Part shown: piece by piece, positions 47,201-55,590 of the stretch
How positions within the stretch are numbered: position 1 is the stretch's first letter
Layout: every line of letters begins with the position of its first letter
Notes under the pieces: model-generated
The model's database searches: none
Seen by the model: the letters and a program-made list of their open reading frames with translations, nothing else
Told to the model about the DNA's origin: nothing
NCBI GenBank assembly: GCA_024704765.1
Contig: JAKMXF010000340.1
Location: 124,001 to 188,000 of the forward strand
DNA: 64,000 nucleotides
Reading direction: 5' to 3'
Source of the DNA: Oopsacas minuta
Lineage: Eukaryota; Animalia; Porifera
Translations under genes and position numbers: made by a program

Positions 47201-50200
47201 CTATCGAAAACGGTATTTTTAGCGATTTCAAGCTCGTTTATATTAATAATCCGATCGGCGAAAAGTTTCTCATAATGCTCATAAATAATATCAAGATCGC
47301 GAAATTTTTCCATTTCACTCAGGGATAAAAGATGGTGTAATTTCTCATATTTTTTCTTCAATTCCAGTTTGACAATTTCTATTTTCTCCCTCAAATCATC
47401 AAGATATTTATTTTCGATTGGAATATTAAGCAAGCTAGGTAGTCCTGATGCTGGTAACGAATTTCTATTCTTATCTACCTGAAGGAGATTCGGCATACTT
47501 TGGCACGAAAGAGAATGAGATAATTCACACGAAGGCGCTATTTCAAACAAACAGGATCTTTCCGCAGAAGTTATCTTGTCTATCGACATATCAACTGGAT
47601 TTCCTGTAAATTGAAACTGTTTTTCACTTTCAGCAAAAGTTGGCGAATCCAATTGTATCAAATTTTCCTCTTTAACAAGTGTTTTCACCCTTTCATATTC
47701 AACATGTACTCGCTCCCATCCAACATGCTTTTCAGCATCACAAGCACAATAATCACATTGAAAGTATTGAAATTCATTCTTTGACGAATAACCATGACAG
47801 TGCCCACATTTACAAAGGCCTAAAGTCACAACTTTCACATGACACTTTCTATTATGTGCACAACATTGACAAGTATCATCCTCTGCCTGTTGTTCATATT
47901 CTTCACATTCTCCACATGCAACGCATCTACCACGTTTCGTTCCTTGTGCGTCTTTCCCCATTTATTTGATCAAAATTTATAAAGTTTTCGAAATTTATAG
48001 CCAGCAAAAATGAAGATAAAAACAGATGGAATATACTGGTAGCAAACGTAGAGACAAATAAAATGAAGAGTATTAAGCGTATTTGAGAGCCTACCATCAA
48101 AGAAGTACACAATATCATATGACAAACAAATAGTAGGCTATTCTACCAACTAGTAATCAAAGCATTCGGATTTTTAAATATTGCAATATCTTCTGGTATA
48201 TTATAAATGGTTTATGCTCCATGGCGGAGATTTGTAGTACTTGACCTACCTATTCCATATATTACCATTACCCCTATGCGATAGTTTCATTTTGTAGGCT
48301 ATAAAATGGCGAGAACCGTACAAATTCACCGTATATTATTTCTGTATTAATTCAATGGCTGAAGAATCCACTAAGCTAAATAAACAAGAATTGGACATAC
48401 TACGCGATAATATTCAAAATGCGAAAGATGAAGTTCGAGGAAAATTTGAAGATATTCACAGACGTTTAGAAACATTAGAAAGCGAAATAAACCACGAATT
48501 GGATGTTATATTCGATCACTATGAAAGATTAATAATTCGACGTTCGCGGAATATAAGTCAACTCGACATCGCGAGAAGTAGATTATACTCAAGTCTGCAA
48601 CACAACGATCTAAATGAGGCACTGGATAAACTATTAAAAGCGGTTGATTCTGAGAAAAAAACGTTTGTTGAAGAAGTAATTGATGTACCAAACGTTCTCG
48701 TTACTTGGGACGAAATTTACTTGGAAGAAACTCTACAGAAACTTTGCAAAATAAACGAACTCAAATATTCAAAGGAATTTTTGAAGACAACATCATTATG
48801 GCATCAATCGAAACGTGGAAACGGGGAGGACGATTTGAACTATCCAAGAGGGATAGCATACGATGTGAAAGCACATAATCTCTACGTAGCTGATTGTCTA
48901 AACGATCGCATCCAGGTTTATGATGAAAAAGGGAATGTGATTGATTCGATATGTAAAAACACAGTGAAACTTCCACGTAGGATTTGTATTACAGAAAATT
49001 TCCTGTTTGTTACAAGTGATCTACACCAACTGAATAAGATTAATAAGAAAACAGGCGAAGTACTTGAAAAAGAAAAATTCCAATACTTGTTAAGCGGAAT
49101 CGATTCATTTAGGGAGAAATATATATACGCGTGTGACCTAATGGATCTACAAATAATTGTAATGCGTATTTCAAACTTGAGTGTGAAGAGGAAATTCACG
49201 TTAAAAGCGACGAAAAACAGTGACACACAAACAAGGGATATCCGTGTGGAGGCAACAGCGATCTACGTTCTATTCCATAAATCTCAATTTCCATTACAAA
49301 GCTTCACGCATGAAGGAGTGTTAATCCGTCATATCGTGACTGAGACAATGGTTTTAGATGCGAAATACTTTTGTTTGGATGCAAGCAGTAATTTTTTTGA
49401 TATCTGATTCAAGCTCCCATCAAATACGTGTATTCAGTCCACAAGGGAATTTGGTACAAGTTGTAGGGAGGAAGGGTAAAGAAAATCCTGGAGATTTATT
49501 TGAACCACAAGGCATAGCTGTTAATTATAACGATTCTAGCATATTTGTGGTGGATAGGAAAGTTGATAAAATTCTGCAAGCTTTTTAATAATTGTAATTT
49601 GTGGAACTTTTTGTATAATGAATAAGGTATTTTGTACATTATTAAATCATTAAAGTATTTGACAATTTTTGGGATCAGAGTTTCGACAATCATAAGCAGA
49701 GGCATCGCGTGGATTGTAGTGAATAATTCTAAGTTGGGATTTACAACTCACAAGTGATCTACGTCGTCAAATGATATGACATTATTGTATTTGACTCAGA
49801 AAGTTCAAATACAGTAAAACCTTCAGTTAGTGAAGACCAGAGGAACCAGCCAAAATGTTCATATACGAGAAGTGTTCACTTTCTTGACATTGTGTTTAGC
49901 AATTGAAGACATTTGGGACCGAGAAAAGGTGTACATCTTTTGGAGATGTTCACTCCTTAGAGGTGTACACTTTTAGAAGTTTTACTGTATTTCTTATAGC
50001 AGGAGTAAGTGGCGCTCCTGAAATTATAGTATTCTTTAAAATATTCAAATAAACTACAGATAGAGCAGGGGGTCATTTAACAACATTCTTTGAGGCAATT
50101 TTTAACCTCATAACGAGACATTTCCCGACATAATACAGTAGACTCCGGTTAATTGGGAAAACAGCTGAATCTGGACAGTTACTCACTATAGCTTCTCAGG

Positions 50201-53200
50201 TATTCTATGGCCAAATCCGATCATTTATAGACAAAAGAATTCCAGCATCTTGTTCATATTATACAAAATTTCAGAAAAATGGTAAGGAATTTGTTCATAT
50301 CATTGGCAGTAAGTGTTTTGCATCAAAAGCATTCTATTATCTTATAGAATGTCAGGAAATTATTCAAATACATTCAAAACCTGCAAGACTTTCAAAATAT
50401 ACCTAAATTAGTGAATATTGTACATTCATGTAATAAAGTAGACGTTAATTAGTAATTGCAAATATTTGTCGGTTTGATTCAAGTTGATTTTTACCAATCC
50501 GCCTACGAAAATGAAAGTTTTGTCATATTGCAATTGTTCCAATGATAGTGAAACATATCGCATAATATTACATGACATCCGCTTAACCGAACCGCGAGGT
50601 GAGATTCCAAAATAGCATTAGATTTTGCTTAAGTCAACGGTCGGTAAATGAAAACTTGTTCAATATATCGAATGTACGAGAAAGGATCCATACGAGATTC
50701 CGAATAGTATTTCCATACATATACATAATGTAATACGTATAATGTTGCCAGTTCAAGAACATGATATATGGATTATGGATTTGGCTTTTGTAAGAACTCT
50801 TGACTTTACATTAATTTTAGCTTTTGGCAAGAACTTGGCATGAACATGACACGAACTTTGTGAACACATCATCTAGCAAGACCAACCAAGTAGCAACACT
50901 GAATAATCAATAATCATAGCGGAAGTTACCTCCAAAGACTAGCAAATCAAGAAATATTCAAAGGTTCTAAGAATGCTTAATAAAATGTAACTTGTTCATT
51001 TGATAATGTACACCTAAGGGCACATAAAAGTTACAAAACATCATGAAATTCGTTTGAAATATAATTTGTAATCAACAGAGCTATGCTACGTGAGCCAAAA
51101 TGATATTAGTAACATGTGTGATAACGCTTAAGTGTTCAGGAAATTATTTACAATCCCAAGTTAATCTTTACTAACCAACTGAGCTAAGAAATTAGGGAAA
51201 CTGCAGACTTCTCAATTCCTTCGATTGAAATCTTAAAATCATAGCTAATTGGTACTAAAATTCCAATCACTCAGAAAAGTAGATAATCATATGAATTGCA
51301 TATTTTGGAAAAATTAAAATGAATATTACTATTACATTACGGATGCTAAAACTCAAAATAGATTACTACTCAATTTTGTAATATACATTACAAATAGTAT
51401 ATCTTAGAAAAACCACAAATCAACTTCTGTGCGGTTAATATTACCAAATCAATTTTAGTAGACTTTTGGAACAATAATAATATTATCCTACAAATATCCA
51501 TATTAGCAAAGAAAAGATAAAATTGAATTTTAAAATCTTGTTAGACATTTAAAATGTCAAAATCGAATTCTACGCCCCGCTTTACCCCTATTTAACAAGT
51601 GGAAGCTAATCTCTAGGATAATTTGAAATGTTCACCAAAAGGTGTGAAAATATGATTAATCATATGATAAATTCAGTGTAATAAGTGTATATATATTTAA
51701 TAGGATGTACTGAATAGAATTACAATCTACATCAATACAAATACAAGATACAGTGCTAATTAAATTACATACAGGCAAGAACTTGGCATGAACCGTCAAA
51801 GGGTTTAAAAATATACACATTAGAAATTTCCAAATGTCAGGTGTACAAACTAGATGTCATTACGAGTATACATGCCAAATTTGGTGTTTTCATCTATAAA
51901 GGTGTGAACAACAGAGCCAAAATAGAAGCCCGAGAATACTCTTTTATCGTAATACTACTTAACTACATGAAAATCGGGAATTCCATCCATGGTGATATAA
52001 CAGCCAAGGAAAATACTGTCAATGCTGGTTATAAGAACATCATCGGGAACTGGACATAATGTTCTTATAACCGGCATGTCGTATATAAGAACATGTTCTT
52101 ATAACCGGTGTTCTTATATCCGGCATCTGCTGTATTCGATATTCCATTATGTTATAACAAAATATTGAAAAATTCATATTGTTTGAATATAAAATTAGAA
52201 AAGATTTCCTCTAAGCATGCATTATTACTTACAAACCTACGTAGTTATAGTGTAAATTGAGATATCCTTATGATAACTGTAGAAAATGGATTATTAATTA
52301 TAGAAATGTGTAATCCAATGGTTGAGGAAATTCTCCGGAACTATAAATGATGATTCCATGTAGAGTTTATAATACAAGATTATAAATCAATTTTCATTAT
52401 TCAATGATTCAGCAATAGGAAGTTCAAGTTACAATGCATAAATGTTCCTGGAATAAAGTACAGACGTAAAGGATGAGATAAGAAAATGGATAATTTCAAA
52501 ATGGGTGTATTAGAAACTGATTTGTCCTGAATAAACCCTGAAGTTTATTTTATTCTTGGTCAATTTGATCTATACATTTAGTGATATATCAAATGTTGTG
52601 CCCTCTTCCAGTTTCCTAGAAATCATAGCCATGGATGAAAAACAACCACATTAGTATCGTATACAGATACGTAAGTAAGTCAGTGGCGGTCCCAGGGTAG
52701 GGGAAACGGAGCATTTTCCCAGGATTTGAAAATCTTGGCCCCTGCCTTGCCCCGGGCTATGCAAAATCCTGGGACAGCCCCTGAAGTCGTAGCATCGTCA
52801 CGTCAGGGAATAATCTATAAAAGAGGCGGAATTATAAATTACTCTCAAGACAATGCACACTACAAATCCAATTATCAAACACGATAATTACTTTCATAAA
52901 TTATTACTCTGCCCATTTGGTTCTATGAAATATTCAAATATTTACAAACAACTTCTACATTAATAAATTCATATATCAAAGCTTTCGATTGTATAACTTC
53001 TAACCGAATATATTAGTACAGTAATGTTAGCACATAATCGTATTGACATAATAGCACTGAAATTTGACTAATAAGCTTGATACTATGCAGGGCCGTTGAG
53101 AGCGCGAGCGGACCCCCTCTGATATTTTGTTCCGTTATCGTGAAGTGAATAAACTAAACGCAAACCATCGCATTCGTATTATATATATATATATTAAAAG

Positions 53201-54388
53201 TTAAACAAAAAGGTTGTCAGCCTATTTACGCGTGCCTGTCGTTTGGATCGTATCCCGTAAACTGAGTTAGTTATTGAAAAAAATTATAATTGATACAAAG
53301 TAAGTCAGGACTGGGTTTCTAAGAAGGATTAAATAACAAAGGTATTACTCTGTCCAGCGATGTCTTTATTTTCCCCTTTACTTGTCTACTTAATGCATGC
53401 AGCCAATAAAGCCCATACATACCTTCACAGACAGAATTTCTCGGGCCCTGGGGTAATTACCCCGCCGACTCCCCCCTCTCGACAGCCCTGATACTATGCA
53501 TGTATGTATAATATAGAAATTATAGTGGCGACATGTTGGCATATGTTTTTGAAATATGGGGAGGAGTACAGGTCCTATTTGAGGGTCTGGGAGTGCTTAG
53601 TACCAAATTGGACCATTGGACATATACTTTCTCCTGTATTATAGAATTTATCAAAAAATTTTAAACTTAGAAAATCAATCGAAACTGCATTAGAACATTC
53701 CTTACCAGATCCAGACTCTCCAGTAGCAACAATACAATGATCATCACGTGTTTTAGTAACTAATTGATAAGCAGCATCAGCTATAGAGAACGGATGTGGA
53801 GCATTCTGGAATAGCTCACTGCCCTTGTATGTCTCGATTACGTCATCACCGAATATCTTCATCTCCTATATAGAGAGATAAGCTATACGTAATTCACCGA
53901 TCAATCGAGGTTAATATCACCAAAGTAATTAATGTTACTGTAGATGATTATTTGATATTGAACCATGGATGGTGAATTTAGTATACTATATGGTGTATCA
54001 AATGTCCCGTCGAATCAAGCGAGCAGTGGTTCAAAGTGACCATATTTAAAACGGAGTTTCCTATACATCAATCACGTTCTAGCTCTGACCGCATTTTGTC
54101 ACGTGTTAACGAAACTACTATTTATCGCGAGATTCCCCTAAAAATCATGACTTAATTCCTACTTCTCCCCAGACAGCTAAAAGTTAAATAGTTATAATTC
54201 TAATAATATCCTTCACAAACACATACCTCGTACGGATTTACAGCAATGAGAGACTCTCCAATATAAGAGTATATCTGTTCAGATTCATAACGCATCTTTA
54301 AGTTGAGTATGAATGTGTCAAGTGTCAGGTTATCAACCTGAGTGAAGTCGGGTAACCCTTCTGGCATCTTTCGACGTCCTGCCTTCAT
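35214..54388 (-). CDS. MYO1D: Unconventional myosin class I, short-tailed MYO1D/G-like; 11 exons, 2997 nt, 998 aa
   Basis: Exons 54388-54227, 53865-53706, 43838-43541, 43087-42862, 42583-42399, 41524-41271, 38908-38613, 38228-37918, 37445-37130, 36809-36633, 35825-35214; all GT-AG, phases consistent, frame open. P-loop GESGSGKT, LEAFGNART, DIYGFE, YVRCIRPN, IQ region IQTIWR, TH1 tail WEGD..LTDKHLY. Confidence 0.88.
36545..36625. mobile_element. hAT-like MITE family G next to the myosin exon 10 donor
   Basis: cattggcggtccc...gggctatgcaaatcctgggacagcccctg; matches 52681-52783. Confidence 0.8.
37045..37115. mobile_element. MITE family B, short copy
   Basis: ccgcttataccgaagtaattatcgcgg..atataacggagttgactgta. 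Confidence 0.65.
39600..40715 (+). CDS. Cation diffusion facilitator zinc transporter, ZnT2/3/8 (SLC30A) group; nested antisense in myosin intron 6
   Basis: EAVGGYISSSLAVLTDSAHMLSD (HxxxD), GYHRAEVLGA, AALIHCIGDIVQS (HxxxD), ADPICTF, HDLRIW, HLA, TIQVE, C-terminal CELC. Confidence 0.92.
   Translation: MEDVYMNREAGKLFSSNNYKLKYVTGSCQEIERIEHPKKNQNLCKCHSNDENWKSNKTREALIKLTIAAFLAIIFTIAEAVGGYISSSLAVLTDSAHMLSDFFGFIVSLVSLVISKRKPSRKMHYGYHRAEVLGAVFSVIIIWIVTALLVYEAIQRVIHLDYEIDADVMLITATAGLYINVLLSLVLQIPLPKFLLEKETFETRKTTPKVENINIRAALIHCIGDIVQSMGVIIAGIIIRFRPDLKIADPICTFIFSILVTITTLNILRDAVHILMEGAPGNIKVEEVKSFLLNIPGVKRLHDLRIWNVNSTRICLSVHLAVDFCGKYDALLERVINDLKERYNIDYTTIQVEYYNQEEYFNCELCTSQDK
41763..42259 (+). pseudogene. 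Decayed acidic-region plus PHD-finger fragment, possibly a transposase C-terminus, in myosin intron 5
   Basis: Acidic ORF SDIDDVYLEDEYVPSSGSESE; then, across stops and frameshifts, KWSICDL...KY*LG / CDKCGRWYHILC...WFWEFC*, the PHD pattern C-x2-C..W-x2-CD-x-C-x2-W-x-H-x2-C..W-x-C-x2-C with two Cys read as Trp. Confidence 0.55.
44367..45461 (-). CDS. Gene A: twin Cys/His-rich N-terminal module, Q/G/P/M heptad repeat and C-terminal C4 motif; 364 aa; nested in myosin intron 2
   Basis: ATG-initiated ORF whose N-terminal ~100 aa align with gene B despite many synonymous differences; (GQHPGMQ/SQYPGMQ)n; ends CKGHGC..YDFCGKTCASK. Confidence 0.78.
   Translation of the reverse strand: MGKDKFGTKRGRCAICEECYEYSPPREGSSLACDYCDHKPIYHTEIVVLGACACNKCHGYNTSNDCQYTTCDYCDCAADKHIGYEKIQGEMDKVKQRIKDLKSGHIPGKIQEQTATPQPQVQPQDQQEYGLQSSSIQIQPTGTQDQHPGMQGQGQYAGMQSQHPGMQGQHPGMQGQHPGMQGQHPGMQGQHPGMQGQHPGMQSQYPGMQGQHPGMQSQYPGMQGQHPGMQSQYPGMQGQHPGMQSQYPGMQGQHPGMQSQYPGMQGQHPGMQGQYPGMPGQQLPGQCYNPMAANPQYYYQQSPYSYNQPLTGMPYGSPGAGGGRGGHTVDNDNKCKGHGCTRQKRKKEDGKGYYDFCGKTCASK
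44621..45030 (-). repeat. 21-bp coding minisatellite with an alternating 42-bp higher-order unit
   Basis: Plus-strand units gcattccgggatgttgacctt and gcattccaggatattgacttt alternate in the central part; ~19 heptads. Confidence 0.95.
45534..45718. mobile_element. Tc1/mariner-type MITE family B, full-length copy
   Basis: TA|cagtcaactcc ... ggagttgactg. Confidence 0.82.
46210..47961 (-). CDS. Gene B: twin Cys/His module, linker, coiled coil and NHL-repeat beta-propeller; 583 aa; nested in myosin intron 2
   Basis: N-terminus MGKDAQGTKRGRC..; NHL repeats GIAVDNETQNLYIADCLNDRIQVYD, FCLDASSNILISDSGSHQIRVFS, LFEPQGIAVNYAGSIYVVD. Confidence 0.85.
   Translation of the reverse strand: MGKDAQGTKRGRCVACGECEEYEQQAEDDTCQCCAHNRKCHVKVVTLGLCKCGHCHGYSSKNEFQYFQCDYCACDAEKHVGWERVHVEYERVKTLVKEENLIQLDSPTFAESEKQFQFTGNPVDMSIDKITSAERSCLFEIAPSCELSHSLSCQSMPNLLQVDKNRNSLPASGLPSLLNIPIENKYLDDLREKIEIVKLELKKKYEKLHHLLSLSEMEKFRDLDIIYEHYEKLFADRIININELEIAKNTVFDSLNQSDLKPAYAKIISTLETEKKAYQNFTVDVPDLIVHWDELSFQDSLQNICHIIEVKSPGKFFKMKPNWHQSKRGNGPEDLNHAKGIAVDNETQNLYIADCLNDRIQVYDENGIFLETFCQKKVLLPRRICISGQFLFITSGLHQLNKINKYTGEIIGKTEFEFSLSGIDSKGNKYLYVCDLLNLQIVVVRISNLKFKRKFTLKATNNSDTQTRDIRVEATAIYVLFHKSQFPLQSFTHEGVLIRHIVTETMVLDAKYFCLDASSNILISDSGSHQIRVFSPQGDLVQVVGRKGKENPGDLFEPQGIAVNYAGSIYVVDMKVEANLQAF
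47962..48354. promoter_or_regulatory. Probable bidirectional promoter between head-to-head genes B and C
   Basis: 393 bp between divergent ATGs; tataaa motifs at ~48202 and ~48300. Inferred from geometry only. Confidence 0.4.
48355..49588 (+). pseudogene. Gene C: coiled-coil plus NHL-repeat protein, inverted paralog of gene B's C-terminal part, with a +1 frameshift in a T7 run (pseudogene or sequencing error)
   Basis: ORF 48355-49407 continues in the shifted frame (ISDSSSHQIRVFS..LQAF, stop 49588). The paralog reads AAT ATT CTG ATA where this copy reads AAT TTT TTT GAT A (49392-49398). Confidence 0.8.
49812..49987. mobile_element. Tc1/mariner-type MITE family E with TA TSD
   Basis: TA|cagtaaaacctt ... 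agaagttttactg|TA. Confidence 0.78.
52013..52133. mobile_element. MITE, same family as 10721-10835
   Basis: Repeated gttcttataaccggcat / ataagaacat motifs; ends ccggcatctgctgta. Confidence 0.72.
52681..52783. mobile_element. hAT-like MITE family G
   Basis: TIRs cagtggcggtcccagg / cctgggacagcccctg (14/16 match). Confidence 0.8.
53088..53490. mobile_element. Non-autonomous hAT element, 403 bp, perfect 8-bp TSD
   Basis: TIRs cagggccgttgagag / ctctcgacagccctg; TSD ATACTATG at 53080-53087 and 53491-53498. Confidence 0.9.
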
Positions 54389-55439
54389 TTCCGTTTAATA
54401 TTATTTGACTAGTGAAAGCTAATATAAGGAATAAAACAGAGCCTTTCAAACTGGGAACTTCCAAATTCGTGAAAAATCTCACGTTTCTATCGTAAGATGT
54501 ACGATTTAGTATTTTGAATTAAAGACGGCCAGTCAATACCCACTTTTTGAAAATATAATGGCACAAGTATCACACATAGCGTTTCTAAAGTGTAATATAT
54601 AGCTCAAATCCCTGGTAAACATTTGAAGCTATATCTCAATTATTTACTGAAAGATTTTCGATTTTGGGGGCAAAGCATAATGCAGAGATGCCAACTCTCA
54701 AGCCTCTTAAGATATCAAAAAGTGTGATCCCATGTCATATTATGATTCTTCACTGATGCTGAAAGCCAAATCAGAGTTACCTCTAACTCTCGGGGGGGAA
54801 TACATCTGAAGGAGGGTGTTGTCAATATTCTGGGAGTACAACCAAAAATCCGGGTGGTACTGGCAAAAAATGTGATAAAGTCGCCTAGGGATCGAACTTT
54901 TTAAGCGAAAATTCCAAGGAGGTAAGGTCTAAAAATGAGAAAATTCCAGGGGGATACCCCAAGATTACATACATAATTTTATACTTTTGGACATTTTAAA
55001 ATAGACGTGCATTTCGAACCATGGATCTTTAAAGAATCTTTGATATCCACAAGCTGTGAAATGTAGTCACAAAACTTCATTGTATTGGTTAACAAGTAAT
55101 CAAAATTTATTCAATATGAAGAAAACAATTAGTGTATAGTGAAAATGTAGAGGGAGCACTGGTGATAATATAAGGCTGAAACCCTTCTGGACAAAATTGG
55201 TATATGAAAAGACCAAACATTTGTAGTCAATATACGCCAGAAATGGTGGAAACCGTTAGTAAGATATCTAACAAAATTTTATTACGATTCGAAAAGTTGA
55301 TTCCATTTTATCAGAGGTTGAGGAACCCTTTAAACGTGACGTAACGCAAAATGTTTCTTCTGAGAAACCCAAAATAACAATAAATTCTGTTTTTTCCAAA
55401 TTTAGACAAAATTTGATTATTCAAGAAAATTATAATAGA

Positions 55440-55590
55440 AGTCCCCCTTATAGAGGTAAATTTCAATGGTGTGAGGCATAATCATCTGTAAAGCATGCCT
55501 CATTCCCCACTCCCTGCTTATAGAGGTTCGTTTCTATGGAAATGAATGAGAGTGGACCAAAATTGCCTCGCTTATAGAGGTTGTACTGTA
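55440..55590. mobile_element. MITE family F copy
   Basis: Near-identical to 18150-18330; ends gaggttgtactgta. Confidence 0.75.

Noticed and set aside
53575-53705. Apparent loss of the myosin P-loop Thr (GESGSGKEC in the ORF track)
   Set aside because: This is intron read-through; splicing to exon 3 (43838) restores GESGSGKT.
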